Shown here piece by piece: positions 50,406-64,000 of a stretch of 64,000 nucleotides of DNA. The notes under the pieces were generated by a model. That model worked only from the letters and a program-made list of their open reading frames with translations. It ran no database searches and was not told the DNA's origin. The position numbers and the translations under genes are program-made. Every line of letters begins with the position of its first letter. The stretch's first letter is position 1. Where the stretch lies: assembly GCA_010015805.1 (NCBI GenBank), contig ML978135.1, forward strand, positions 124,001-188,000, written 5' to 3'. The DNA is from Rhizodiscina lignyota. Lineage: Eukaryota.

Positions 50406-51154
50406 AACTTGACTTGCGTGGTATAAGGTACCTGACATAGTGTTAAAATATATGAATTGTTCGTTCTCTGATAGTTCATACCCATTGATCAAATTATTAG
50501 GGTGCTTGGACATGAAAATCAGAAGCGAGGGACTTGCAAATGGCTCGGGTAATGAGCCTACTTTTAGCATTATTATAAGGGAAGACATCTCGGTTGTCTT
50601 GGATCAGGCTCGCAAACGCTTTTATATGAGCTCAGAATGTCAAAATGTATTAATGCACCTCGAAAGGGACGGTCCCTATCGCCAAACCATCGCTTGTGAC
50701 ACCACAACCAGCTGAGCGCCTAGTGAAAGGAATCTGTTCCACCATTGAAGGCATCGCACCGCTTCAAGGTGAATTCTGATACAACATTTACCTGAATGTT
50801 GCGGTAATATGGACAAACATTTAAAACGTCACGGAAAGGAGAGCCGTGACTAAGGAGCTTCCTGATTGAGCAGTTGAACGGCAAGCGGTCTCTACTTTTG
50901 AAGTCACCGACAACCCAACATCATTCCCATAAATGTTTTCAATTCAGCAATTTTATTCATCGTTTCTTCCATTGGCCAATGAATTACCAAGCATCATACT
51001 CGTCCGTTTAAGAGCCACTGTCTGCAAAGCTGTACATTCTCCCGCGTGAGCAATCTCCTTCTTTTCTCTCCCCATTTCCGCATCCCAAGTCCGCATAAAT
51101 CTCAAAATACTAAAAGTGGCTGGCAAGACTACTTGTATTTCAGAAGCCTCAAAG

Positions 51155-51751
51155 ATGGGCTCCTCTGCGCCTTTGGAAGATGGTACCATCTACTTCGGCT
51201 TCGGCTCAAATCTCTGGCTCTCCCAAATGGCCATGCGCTGCCCCAACTCCGAATACCTAGGAATCGCCAAACTCCCCGGATACAAATGGATTATCAACGA
51301 TCGAGGCTATGCGAACGTGGTGCAGACCTTGAAAGAGGCAGACGTCGTCTGGGGCCTCGTATACCGCCTCACAGCGGCCGACGAGAAACGCCTCGACGCA
51401 AACGAAGGTGTGCCCGAATCCTACACCAAGGAGATGCTATCCACGGAATTATGGGCGTCTCCGATGCAGTGCAAAGCTCCGTTTGGAGGGGCGGATGAGT
51501 GCAAGGTCGATATCGACAAGAAGCCGGAGAAGCGCGACATGCTGGTGTACATCGACCGGAGGCGCACGACGGATGACTATCCGAAGAAGGAGTATATCTA
51601 CCGGATGAACATGGGAATTCGGGATGCGGTAAAGGTTGGAGTACCGGAGGGGTATGTGGAGAAGGTGATGAGGAAGTTCATCTCTCAGGAGGAGGATAAG
51701 GAGATCGAGGCGTTTGCGATGAAGCAGGCATTAGACTTTCAAGACGAATAA
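51155..51751 (+). CDS. Gamma-glutamylcyclotransferase / AIG2-like protein
   Basis: YFGFGSNL, GYANVV, VWGLVY and LDANEGV (catalytic Glu position). Confidence 0.88.
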   Translation: MGSSAPLEDGTIYFGFGSNLWLSQMAMRCPNSEYLGIAKLPGYKWIINDRGYANVVQTLKEADVVWGLVYRLTAADEKRLDANEGVPESYTKEMLSTELWASPMQCKAPFGGADECKVDIDKKPEKRDMLVYIDRRRTTDDYPKKEYIYRMNMGIRDAVKVGVPEGYVEKVMRKFISQEEDKEIEAFAMKQALDFQDE

Positions 51752-51903
51752 ATAGTTATGCTCGGTGGGTTTGTTTGTTCAGCGGGTTTCAATCAGGAAG
51801 CATATGCACACAGTATGGCATAGACATAGAGAAAGACAAGGTGGGAACGAAGTTTTATCATCCAAGCATCATTTTCATTATTACTTAAGAATCCATATTT
51901 ACA

Positions 51904-53664
51904 TCAGTGGCGATGGCTATAGCTATTGCCTTTACTGGGCTGGAAGCTCTGGGACAATATTTCTGGCTTCCTCTCCTCCAGATCCAAAATCATCTGTCCA
52001 AACAGGCCGTTTGCCCAAGAGAACCTATCGGAGAAAAACAATTGTCAGTCAACTGATTCACGTAAAAGAAGTGACGCTATGATGAAACTTACCATTGTCT
52101 TGTCCAATCCGTTACATTCCACGCATTCACACTTTCATGAATCAAACCATACCCATCTGTGCTATTCACAATCCCCTTCAACACATCACTAATCTCTGCG
52201 TCGTCATTGCTTGTCAGAATCCGCACAATGCTCGCCATCGGCCATGCGAACCCAGGTCCATCGTGCGGGCCGCCAATCGCGTTGATCACAGGTCCGCGCA
52301 TATAGTATGGGTTGCTCGTACTCAGCAGCATCTTCCGCGTGTTCTGGTAGACTTGGTCGTTGGCGTCGAGATATCCATATACCGGGGCGGCCAAGAGCGA
52401 TGGGATGTTTGCATCATCCATCATATTCGTTGAGCCGTAGCCGTCGATTTCGTATGCATAGACCGGGCCGTGTGCACTGTCGACGATACCATGCGTGTCG
52501 ATTGCGGCCTTAATGCTGGCTGCAAGGATCGTCATTCTGTCCGCGAGGTCGGATTGGCCTTGCAGATGACGCGCAATCTCGCTACAGGCGTCGAGATACC
52601 GACTAAACATCATGTTGCCCGGGATGAAGAGCTGCCAGATCGTGGCGTCATCTGAAGGCCGGAATGCGGAGCGCACCAAACCGGTTCCTTGTTGCACGGG
52701 GTTACCGAGGCCGTCGTTCTCCAGCGTCTCGGACGCACGCGTGGTCATACGTGTGAACGTATAAGGGCTGATGTTCACACTTCCGTTAGACGCATACGTT
52801 GGTGTCATCATATCTTCGGCGACTGTAAGGACCTGGTTGACGGCCTTCACCCACGAGTATTTCCCGAAGAACGCCGAGTCTTTTGTCGCGTTGAAGTAGT
52901 CAAACGATACCTCAAGGAAAGCAGCCAGAGAATCAATCTCGTATTTGCATTCAAAGACCGAGGAGTTGGTGTACGGCGGCTTCACTGTGTCGCCCGTTGC
53001 GGCGCCGTTCACCGCCGGCTTGATGCCAGACTCCTTTGGAGGCTGGAAGCTGTTGCAGTATGGATTCGTGAGAATGTATCGGGCTTGCAGGTTGATCACT
53101 CCTCGATAAAGGGATGCAATAGAGTTGCTCGAAGTCGATGGCTTGAGAAGTCCTAGATACGATTGCATCTGGTTCGCAGAATCTCTGAGCCACATGGCGT
53201 TGATGTCACCTTTTGTTGTATTAGCATATAGAACCTTAAATCTAATACTTCATCACCACAGACACACCAGTAATGACGAAAGTGAGCTCCTCGTCCGAGC
53301 CATTGGCATGTCCCTTCCACTTGATTGCGGTGTCTAGCGTATTCGGGAAGCTGTTCTGGAACAGACGATACAAATCGGGGTCCTTGATGATGCTCTTCAA
53401 CCTCGTAACCGTGTTGTCGACGTCGCTCGACACAAAGGTCCGGCATTGCGGCGCTGGTCGCATGTACGAGAGATTATATGCGCCCGATGAGAAGGGAGCG
53501 TGGTACTACACAAAATCAGACTCAGACTTTGCACAAAGTAGCAGCTTCGAAGGGTCGAAGAACTTGAGATGCCATACCTCCATTGAATAGTCAGAAAAGT
53601 CGGGACATTTTGCTGCCAACGCGCTCAGCGCAAAGCCCAACGCGTAGAGCACCGTGAATCCCAT
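51904..53664 (-). CDS. Secreted GH125 (DUF1237/Mug157-like) exo-alpha-1,6-mannosidase (introns 53506-53577, 53210-53267, 52025-52092)
   Basis: Signal peptide; [46 protein letters not shown] and TRQWFSWAN. Confidence 0.94.
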
Positions 53665-54358
53665 AGCGGTCTATCGTCCTGACGTGAAGATTCTGTCCCC
53701 GGCGGAGCAGCAGGCCCAAAAATGCCCGCGAGGTCTCCGCAGAGAATATATACGAAGCTCCCAGCATCGTGGACCTGATCAGCCAACGAATTTCCCCAAA
53801 ATCGTAATGAGGGCATGGTGCCTGACTACGACGGATTGCCCCGGCGTGACGAGAGCTGCCCTTGGTACAGCGGAATCCATGCCTGCTGGGAGCAAGCAAG
53901 TTTCTCTTCGTTACGACATTGGCCTGACACCTTCCGAGTGGACATTAGGTCAACGGAGTCAGCAAGCTGTTCGCTGTAATTGTTTCCGGAGCTTGAGGAA
54001 GGATTATGCTCATGACGTCGATCTTCGGGCGTTGTGTTTCTTCAGTTGCGGGGAAACGTGGGGATCAATGCAACCAGCGCCGTCAGCTTGAAAATTCGTA
54101 TTCACGATGCCTCTGGTTGAATCGGAGTCTTTTCTGTCCTGTTACTGATGATAGAGAGTTGTTCATTTTTGGTCTTGAAATTTAATTGAACCCAATAAGC
54201 GGATTCAAGGCAGGGGGGTGCCTGGATCTGCCCAGGAATTCAGTCATACTTTTCATATATTGCAAACATATGTAAAAGCACTGGCATTCATATGTCAATT
54301 GCCATTTCCGCATACAAATCCTAAGCAACTAATAAATGTCCACGCCAGAACCAATACT

Positions 54359-55652
54359 TCACAGCCTTCCCTTGCTAACAATGTATGAGTTGCCCTTATT
54401 GATCCATTCCACTGCGCCCGAGACCATATCGTCGATAATCTTCTTCGCCGACTCCTTCTTGTTAACAACAGCTGCGACCTTGCCCATGAGGAACGGACGA
54501 GCATTGTCCATAGTGTCATCGTCGATGTCGTCGCCCATGGTCTCGAGGTCATGCTCGACGGGGATCTTGCCACGGGCGGTGAGATCCTTGATATCGTTCT
54601 GCCTGTTCTCTTCCCAGTTCTGGATGTATGGGTTCATGCGGACTCGGAGAGGGCGGCCCTGTACGCGCGACTCATTAGCAAAATGTTGAGAAGCCGGGGT
54701 AGGAAGCAACTCACTGTGAAGATAATTGTGCGGACATTGTCGTCAAAGCCAGCCGTCCTGACTGCCTCCTGATGCGCCTTCGGCGCGCCAGCCTCCTCGC
54801 TCAGCACGAACCTCGTGCCTACCCACACAGCGCTGGCACCATACATCAACGCCGCAGCCAAGCTCTGTCCGTTGAACATGCCACCCGCAGCAACAACCTG
54901 GACCTGCTGTCCAGTAATCGGGCTCTTGTATCCCTTGACTAGCTCGACGACCGTGGGGATGAGGACGGTGAACGGAACATCACCAGTGTGGCCACCACCC
55001 TCGCCACCTTGTGCGCAGATGATGTCGGCGCCAACGTCGAGGCACTTCTTCACGTGCTTGGGGTGGCCAATCATATTCATGTAGAGGATGCCATGCTTGT
55101 GGAGCTTGTCGACGACGTGCTTGGGCGGGACACCGACGGCGGAGACGAAGAGTCGGGCGCCAGACTCGATGATGATGTCGACGAGTATGTCAAGTTTGCC
55201 CTTGGTGTAGTCGTAGCTGTAAGGGGTTAGAATGTCGTGATTAGTAGTATGGAGGATGAAGGGCGTACTTGGTCTTCCTGGCACTGCCACCGACCTGTGG
55301 GAGAAGCAAGTCGACACCGAATGGGCCATTCTTGTCTTTCAAGTCGGCCTTGAGCTCTGCTATTTGCTCACGGAGCATGTCTGGTGTGTAGCTGTCCACT
55401 AATCAGCCCTATCTGACTGCAGTCGTTTCTTTGTATTGCCATACCCAACGCCTCCAATGACACCGAGACCTCCAGCATTTGTGACGGCAGCAGCGAGTTT
55501 TGGGCCGGCAGCGACGTTCATACCAGCGAGCATGATGGGGTGGTTGATCCTGAGCTGCCGAGTGAGCTCGGTCTGTAATTCTGTTCGTCTGGTCAGCTTC
55601 TGGAGCAGCGCATGTGACGCTTGCGGGGAGACATACGAGGTGCGGACGCCAT
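54359..55652 (-). CDS. Nitronate monooxygenase / 2-nitropropane dioxygenase family (introns 55581-55636, 55392-55444, 55217-55268, 54659-54714)
   Basis: PIMLAGM, NAGGLG, FGVDLL, QGGEGGGH, VVAAGG and WVGTRF. Confidence 0.93.
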
Positions 55653-56420
55653 TGTGAAAGATGTGAAAGCGTTTGAGGATAGACTAGAGCGTGAGGACGT
55701 TCACTTGAAAACTATTTTCGAAACTGGCGCAAAATCGAGTCGTGTGTGATGGGAGAAAGAGAGGTGCGGTGGTTGTGAATAGAAGTGGAGTTGATCGGCT
55801 TTTGGTGTCTGTCAGGGAAGAGCGGGCGTGCCGCAAGCCTCGGTTCACTTCGAGTTGAAAGCAAAGATCACAAAAACCAGCGTATCACGCGTCGAATATC
55901 TCAGCAGCCGGTACAGGCCCGATACGAGCCGCAAATTTTGCTTCATTGAGTTAACAGGGTGCACTTTTGATTATTACGGCCGTGTCGTCCAACCTCTGCT
56001 CACCCCATCAATGACGCTGACTCGGCGCCCTTCGGCAAGATTGTGGGGAAGACGCGATGGGCTGATGTGGAGACTGCGCTTCGATACAGTTAATAATAAT
56101 CTATAACGAGAGTGTCCTCTCTAGGTAGAGGTCGAATTCTTCACTATGTGTTAGACTCGTGCCCAAGAAGAGTTGTAAGCATCAGAATCGAAGCTCTCAT
56201 TAAGGTCTTATATACCTGGGTATCTCAGAATTATATTACAAAGGTTAATCATACCGTATGCATTTGAAACAAGCTTATACACAAGCTTAACCAATGCTAG
56301 ATCCTCTCGTGCCAGATTTGATATACAGCTGACATGCTCGCCTTATGTCCCATCCAGACGCCGTACTTGAATGCAATGTACACTAATGTACAATCCCGCC
56401 ATGGAAAAGAGTGCCGTTCA

Positions 56421-57764
56421 TTAGAAATTTTGCATCGAATTCTGGAGTGAAACAGAGCCAGTAGGCGAATATGTATGTCCCGGAGCTCTCACAGGCGGTA
56501 TAGGCCGAATAGCATCAGGATCGTCTGGAGGCACCACCGCATAACCGTGCGAAGTCTCACCCGGTTGTGTAGGTGGAGTATGCCATCCACTGCTATTCCC
56601 ATTTTGGGACGAGCCTTCCTCGCTCTTCTCGGTTTGCGTTGAAGGGCCTGCTTGTGCTACAGCGAGGAATGCTGGAGAGGCAGATCGACCCTGCTGTTGG
56701 AGTTGTGGTGAAGTCGACTGTGGTGGCATCATTGCCTGTGCCATAGGTGACATCTGTATTTGCTGTGATTGTGCCTGGCTCGATATCGAACTCTGAGCTC
56801 CGTGGTATCCTCCTGCCGGGGTCATGAATACCGCGCTGTTTTCTCGACTCATCGCTTCGCTAACAACCTGGCTCCCGCGTTGGCTCGGTATTAGAAGCGG
56901 TTGTTGTGGAGGTGGAAGCTGGCCACGAGCTACCATTTCAGCAATCATGGCATCGGCGATATCCTTTGCTTCTCGGTGGACCTTGGACGAATTTCGGGTT
57001 GCCGTGTCCACACAAGCCCAAACGAAAAGGGTAAAGTGAAGGATTCTAAGAGGACGAGACGGTCAGCATAAGCATCGGACATGGGAAGATAGAGGGAGTC
57101 AGCGTGATAAACTCACAGGGCTGCAATCATCATAGCTCCAGCCGTCAATTCAACGACACCTCTGTGCGTGACGCTATCCAAGAAGCTGGATTCGTCCGCA
57201 CAGCTATCGAATCTTGGACAATCATCTCTGTTATTAGGCGTAACATAGACTTGTGTTCCATTCGCAGCAGTGGTGTAGTATCCTGAGTCTGATCCAAATC
57301 CATCGATTGAATATGAATTCTTGTACCCGACGACCTCAACCGCGGCAACGAATGTAAAAGCTGCCAGAATGGCAAATGCCAGCCAAAGAATGAGGTCAAG
57401 TCCGACTTCGACGCCAGGATGGACGGGGATCTTGCGAAGAAGGTGGATGAGAACGACGATGGCGCACCAGATCAGAGATGCACCAACCTGAAGGAGATAA
57501 TTGCGCGTCAGCGATCACATTCTCCACACGCGGCAGCGCCAGCGCAAGATCAAAACTTACTGGTATGAAGTCCCAGGGAATCACATCGCTATCCCAAATG
57601 TCGTAGATATCCCCATACTGCTTCAGGCCATCGGCAGTAGCCCAGCCGACGAGTCCAACAACGACGAGGTCGATAAGAATAAGGAGAAGTCGAAGGCCGA
57701 GTTTCCACGCCCAGTGCCTATCGTGTGATGCGAGCTGCGCGCGGTACTCTGGACCAAAAGGCAT
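56421..57764 (-). CDS. Four-TM (MARVEL-like) membrane protein with a low-complexity cytoplasmic tail (introns 57488-57560 and 57046-57116)
   Basis: The spliced product has hydrophobic helices with PVHPGVEVGLDLILWL and ILHFTLFVWACVDT, then a Q/S/P-rich tail. Confidence 0.75.
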
Positions 57765-60700
57765 AACGGTCGAGGATGTAACGTTAACGATCGACAGGTT
57801 TAAATGAACGCGGTCGGTTATAGCGAGGGAACGAAGGTATAGGAGATTGGATGGAGCGAGCGACGGTGGGCGAAGAGCCGAAGTGACAAAGAACGAATGC
57901 GCAAGTAATTAGCGACCTATAACGGTCAATTAAAAGAAGATACAATGAGAAAGAAGGTGAAAGAGCAAAGCGACTGGTTGTGTGGACGAGAGAATGTTTT
58001 TGGCCGTGGGCCGTGGCGGCTCAAGGTTTGAGGCGCAGCGGCGCTAAAGGCCCTCGAATTTCCAGAAGATCACGGATGCAGATCTCCGCTCAGGGGCAGC
58101 GCAGCGCCAAGATCTGTATTTCAGCGCCATGGAAAGCATGACGCTTCCAATTTTTATCCCGAGGTCTCGAGCAGTCTCAATTATAGTGGGGCATGAGCCG
58201 ACTAGAACAATGGATGAACGTCATGAGATGTACCGAGTGTAACAAGGCGGGCCGCAAGATATTCACAGCTCTCTTTGACATTTCCATTTTCTGCTCCCGC
58301 CCTCAGTTATCTATCATCTCCAAGCTCAGCTGCTCCTCTCGTAAGATGTCACCTTCCAATGTTTCCAATTTACCGGGTGAGAATCTCCAAACTATGGAGG
58401 GATGTTGATTAGCCCTCCGGAGTTTTCCACTCTATCCTCCTTCGATAAGCGATACCAAGTCATCTGACGGGCTTGGCTGCAGGCTCAACTCATCATGTCA
58501 TTTCCGCTAGAGTTCGTCTGAGAGAGATCCGCGCAGCTAAGGTTCAAGCCCGTCGAGAACTTTCTAACGGGATCGCAGTCAAGATTCTCGTAGAGAGTGC
58601 ACTAGATGCCCCAGTCGGAAAAGAGATTACGGTATGATGGAAAGTGCTGCGCAGGATGGCTATACAAATGCCTTGTTTATAGATGTAGTACTAGTATCTA
58701 CTGCTAGTAGTCCATGACCAACTGGTGCCATGTATTAACATTCTTCTCAACCGGGAGAGAGGACTGGAATTGCGTCACCGATTTTGCCTCGGTCTCTAAG
58801 CCTAGCACTAATTCAACTATCGCAGTAATAGCATGGCTGGATACCACATCACTTTGATAGTGTATTCGAGTTCACAGATATGAGGTCTGGTACGGATCAA
58901 CGACAGAACCAGGAGCGCATATGAAGTGAGAAACGCAGGTCCGAAAGGGCAAGGATCATGAAAATTGAGCAGAGGAAGTCGTAGCAGGATCGGGCTAACA
59001 GTTGTATTGGCATGTTTGGGCGCCGACCTCCCTCTTTGGCAGTCATGACTGATTGTCGATTGTTCGACAAAGACAGCCAAGGAACTCTAAAGAGTACAAT
59101 GAGTTGCTTTCACATCCGCTCAGTCACTTTCACGTTGCTTAGCTTTCATTGTGGTTGATATAAGGTCGGTTCCGTGACGTCCAGTTTAAAAATCATGACC
59201 AGGTAGGTGTCTGTTATACGGCAACGACAATGAGCGAAGAGATTACATACCTCTTGACTATCCGTTTCAGCCGGCGACATTAGCTCATTTGTGATATTCA
59301 AAATGCCTTCCGGATGTGAGCTGTCCAACTGTCGCAGGCCTCATGATGTCCTAGTATGAGAGTTCGATAATGGCCGCTGTTGCTCCGACTCGAGTGCAAG
59401 ATATATAATATCGTAGGCTTTGGATGCGAATAACGGAGGCACGCGAAATCGCAGCACATGGTCAAAGATATGTTCAACTGACAACTTTCTTTTCGTGCGA
59501 GAAGTATGCTTGGCCTTGATTTGGTTTTCTCGTGCAAGAGGGAGGGCTTCAGACGGTGGTCTGTTCCAGATTAGGAAGCCGAACCTCGAAACAGGATCTC
59601 CGGTCAAAACATATGCATGAATGTGTTGATTTCAACAAAAAGCAACTTAGGTTACCGAGCAAATCATTGTGGTTGATTGTGTCCGATTGGCACGAGACCA
59701 CGGGTCTCGGTGGCTGCCTACGGCTTCGGCTTCGCAGTTGTCCTGCTATCGGTCTCCGAGAAGCGGCCTTCATTAAACCGCGTCTCTGGGCAAGTTATAT
59801 TAATGATTTTGTGGTAGAATGGTATCTTTTGGATATGTGTTGATTGAGTTCGGCTTGTGAGAGGAATCTCCTCTCTACGGAGTAAAGCGCAGATATTGAT
59901 GTTGACGAGCCATGATAACGGCTGAACATGTAACGCGAAAATAACTGCTGTTTTTCCTTTGTGGGGCCCGTTTCGATCGTACGATATTCCAGCAGCCTTC
60001 CGCTGCGCTCCAGTGGCACTCAGATTCCTCAACCGTTGTAGCCGCTGAGTCATGCTCGTCGCTCTTTGCCTCTGGAGCAGGTCCGAATTCCCCAATTGGG
60101 CAAAACCTAAGCCACAATGCGAGAAATCTGAATTCAAGATGCCCTAGATCTGAAGAGGAATTATTTCAGGCCCAGATAAAGATGGCGGGAGGCAACACCA
60201 TTCCAAAGGGCAATGGTGTAGATAATGGTGCCAAGGATCGCAGAAATCGCAAGTTCCCCGGCCTTGGGAAGTCGCCGAGCTGTAGATATGTTACCGGAAA
60301 GGAAAAAGACATCCTTGTGAGCCGGGAGCTGCGGAGAGCGTTGATGCCGTGTATTCTCATTTGCGAGTGAGATAATGTGAGCAGCACTGGGTCTCGAGTG
60401 TTCGCCTGCTCAGGATGGAGCCTATTGGTGCATTTTGATGCCATCCAATCTGGAAGTAGTAGATAGCCATTATTACAGGGCCCAGGGCTTGGCCTTTCGA
60501 TGTCAAGCTGACTTCCCTCCGGTGAGATGGGCTGGATTTTGAAGGATCCTGAGTCCTCCGGAGCCAGTATGATATGGAATATTATAATGGGCCTTGTCAT
60601 CGTTGTTGCAGTCCCAGTTCAATGCCCGGGCGCAGTGTGCTGATACATAGTCCGCGTGATGTGGGAGGAAAATGCTCGACGGGAAGGTACTCAGCGCTAC

Positions 60701-62054
60701 CTCGTACCGTCAAGATAGGCGTGTCGTTGAAAGATAGTCATGGCCATGCAGGTTAGTCAACTAGCGCGGGACTCTCAATGGCCCACCCAACGGACAGACG
60801 ATCGAGGGTCCATTAGGAGAGCCGGAAGCCGATCGCCTTGCAGCTGAGGTGGGTGGTTGTGGCTAGTTGCCGGAAACCCTGCTTCTGCCAATTTTCTTGC
60901 AGCAGGAGGCCATTACATACGGGCCTGAAGCGAAGTGTGCTCTGACAGCATGCTCGTCCATGTGGCACCGTTTGCGCTGTAGGAGACAGCAACGGGCGCA
61001 GGTTGAAGTGTTTCGAGGCTGCGAATGCGCCGAATCCGGTGGCGAGTTCAATTGTGGGGACGAGGTGTTCAGTGACAGACTTCCCCATGCGGATCGATTT
61101 TCCATTTGTCAAGGCGCTCAAGGGAGGTGCCGAGCAGTGGTGAGGTCGCCGTCGTGGTTTTGTCGCTTTGTCTGACAAGCGCCGCCGGAGCTAGATCGCC
61201 TGCATGCACCTCTTTCCGGCACGACCCCGATGTCCTTCCACCTCGCTCAACCCCCATCTCTCGATCTCCAGCTGTTGCGGAGCTGTCGCGAGCCCGAACG
61301 GAGGTGTAGGTAGGACGAGGGGACCGGACTCGTACCGATGACCTCGTTTATATGCTGATTCTGGCAGAATGGATTGCGTGCTTCGGGTGCTAGCGCGTAT
61401 TGCGCGATCCCAGGAGCAAATGTGCAAAGAGACGAAAGGGCATCGACGGGAGGCACGACCTGACTGTGGAGCGCGTCGCGTGGCCTAGAGGCAGAGCCGC
61501 CACGTCTGGAATAAAATCCTCACCGCCCGCTCCGATCTCGCGGTCATTGACTATTTCCTCCTTCTCCACGTTTTGCTTTCATTATCTCCGCTTTGAGCGT
61601 TCTTCAAGCTGATCTCGCTGCGCTGGCTGGCCATTGATCCCGCCTCTCCCTCTCTGCTTCCAATCTCACTCTTCCTGCACTCTCACTTCCGCGTTTCGCT
61701 GTCCGCGCGACGACAAGGACAAGGGAACGGTCCAGTGCTTCTTATGCGGAGTCAGTCATCCTACATATACGCACGCACTTAGTGGACGAAGCATCCGAGA
61801 CTCCCACATCCGCAACCCACACACCCCACGACGCCACTTCCCAGCCAGACAAAGTGTCGCGTGACCGCAGGCCTGCTGTAATCCGGACTCAGCATTACTT
61901 AAGGACCGTCTTCGCATAATCAAAACGTCTTTTACCAGGCACGGTACACTCTCTGGGCCTTCGAAAACGTTTCATTTTGCTCAAGGTTGTCCTAACCTCT
62001 CCAAAATCTTCCAACGCCCCACGCATTTCTGCAACGATATCAACCACCATCACC

Positions 62055-64000
62055 ATGGCTCCGCACATGGAATCACCGCGCGAACGAAATGAACTTGCCA
62101 ACGGCCATGGTTACTTACCGCAGGCGCATGTTGATGCCGTCAAGCCTAACATTCTCTACATCATGGCCGACCAAATGGCGGCGCCAGCACTGAAAATGCA
62201 CGACCCGTCGTCCGTCATCCAAACACCCAACATCGATTCCCTGGCACAAAGCGGTGTCGTCTTCAACAAGGCCTACTGCCCTTCCCCACTATGCGCTCCT
62301 TCTCGCTTCACCATGGTCACCGGACAGCTGCCTTCTAAGATCAGAGGTTACGACAATGCATCTCAACTAAGCTCCGACGTGCCCACATTCTCGCACTATT
62401 TGCGCCGTGCAGGCTACGAGACTACGCTAGCTGGCAAGATGCATTTCATTGGACCTGATCAACTTCATGGATGGGAGAATCGATTGACGCCAGACATTTA
62501 TCCAGGTGACTTTGGTTGGGCGGTGAACTGGGACGATCCAGAGAAACGATTGGAGTGGTATCACAACATGTCTTCTGTTCTTCAAGCAGGACCGTGCGTT
62601 CGCTCTAACCAACTTGATTACGATGAAGACTCAATGCACAAGGTAATTCTCATGCAACCCAACCCTTAGACGAGCCAGGAGCAGCGGCTTGAGAGAGAGA
62701 GTCATTTCATTTACTATCTCCTAATCGTCTTCCTTGACGTACTTCAGTCCTGCCTGTATTTCAAAGATCTTCATCTCTCGCCCAACTGCTCCTGGCTCTA
62801 CTGAACCTCCCCAGTATCGCCTGCATGCATACTCGATCACGTGCCCATGTGCCCACCAATGTGAGGACGGGACTGATCCCGCATGAGTGCAGAAATCTAG
62901 ATTCGAATAATCGCTAACTTCAAGGGAATAGTCAACGCAGTACCTATACGACTATGTGCGCCAGCCACGGGATCAGCAGCGTCCATTTGCACTAACAGTC
63001 TCCTTGACCCACCCGCACGATCCATACGCCATCACTGAGGATCTGTGGGATCAGTATGAAGACGTCGACATTCCTCTTCCAAAGATTAGCGTCAAGCAAT
63101 CCCAGCAAGACTCCCACTCAGTGCGCCTCATGAAGTGCATCGATCTGTGGGACAACCCGATGCCTGAGGAGGCTATCAAGCGTGCCCGCCGCGCGTACTA
63201 TGGCGCTTGCACATACGTCGACAACCAAGTCGGCAAGCTGCTAAAGGTCCTCAAGGACTGCAAGCTTGACAAGAACACAGTCGTCATCTTCAGCAGCGAC
63301 CACGGCGACATGCTCGGGGAGCGCAACCTATGGTACAAGATGAACTGGTTTGAGATGAGCGCACGCGTCCCTCTCATTGTCCGGTATCCCGCGAGATTTG
63401 CGCCACACCGCGTCAACGAGTGCGTTTCGACGATGGACTTGCTCCCGACGCTGGTGGAGCTGGTTGGCGAGAAAGTGCCGACTGAGCTTCCCCTGGACGG
63501 CAAGAGCTTCTACGGCGCGCTTCTCGGCGAGAAGGCGCACGATGAGGTGTTTGGCGAGTACATGGGCGAGGGCACCATCTCGCCCGTCGTCATGATCCGT
63601 CGTGGTCGATACAAGTACATCGCGTCACTAGTTGACGCTCCACAGTTGTACGATATGGAGGACGATCCGCATGAGATCAACAATCTCGCTCCATCTCCTG
63701 AAAACGCTTTTTTGGCGAAGATGTTTGCGGATGAGGTCAAGGCGAAGTGGGACCTGCAGCGCATCCACAATGATGTCCTTCTTCAACAGCGCCAGCGCCG
63801 CGTATGCTGGGAGGCCTTGAGACAGGGCAAGTGGGAGCCATGGGATTACACTCCACCAAACGATGGTGCGACCAAGTATGTGCCTACAACTCAGAGTCAA
63901 ATTGCAAAGGTAATGGTCGACTAACGCGGCGGCAGGTACATTCGCTCCACGCTCACCCTTGACGAGCTCGAGCTCAAGGCACGCTATCCACCAGTCAACT
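62055..64000 (+). CDS. Choline sulfatase (BetC-like), 3' truncated by the window (introns 62643-62931 and 63876-63935)
   Basis: PNILYIMADQ, formylglycine motif CAPSR, GKMHFIGPDQLHG, HPHDPY and SDHGDMLGER..WYK. Confidence 0.95.
62672..62798. repeat. Inverted repeat inside sulfatase intron 1
   Basis: GAGCCAGGAGCAG (62672-62684) is the exact reverse complement of CTGCTCCTGGCTC (62786-62798); GAGAGA/TCTCTC extends it inward. Confidence 0.8.

Noticed and set aside
57800..62000. Short ORFs in the 4.2-kb divergent gap
   Set aside because: No recognisable domains, signal peptides or coherent exon chains.

Overview
Gene-dense nuclear DNA from a filamentous ascomycete (Pezizomycotina), judged by short spliceosomal introns with CTRAY branch points and typical fungal gene families. 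About 27 protein-coding loci can be modelled by hand, and the last one (a choline sulfatase) runs off the window end. They include a secreted carboxylesterase, a nitrilase, a GPI protein, an HpcH aldolase, mitochondrial NAD(P) transhydrogenase, BTB and GNAT proteins, an FMO-DUF6314 fusion, four small secreted proteins (two Kex2-type peptide precursors), a degenerate LOV/PAS protein, a TEA-domain transcription factor, two MFS transporters, AKR1, a HeLo-like/ankyrin protein, an ALDH, a stop-interrupted F-box-like locus, a fused LeuC/D-type hydro-lyase, an Old Yellow Enzyme, an atypical MDR dehydrogenase, GGCT, GH125 and a nitronate monooxygenase. Strongest leads: (1) a transporter / Fe-S hydro-lyase / OYE / MDR cluster whose OYE has lost both its catalytic His and Tyr, suggesting isomerase-plus-hydratase chemistry; (2) unannotated peptide-precursor genes in a small-secreted-protein island; (3) three non-coding intervals that may hold structured RNAs, one possibly telomerase RNA. 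No tRNA, rRNA, CRISPR array or intact transposon was recognised. Gene models, family calls and RNA pairings were made by eye without database searches, and the RNA structures are weak evidence until tested.
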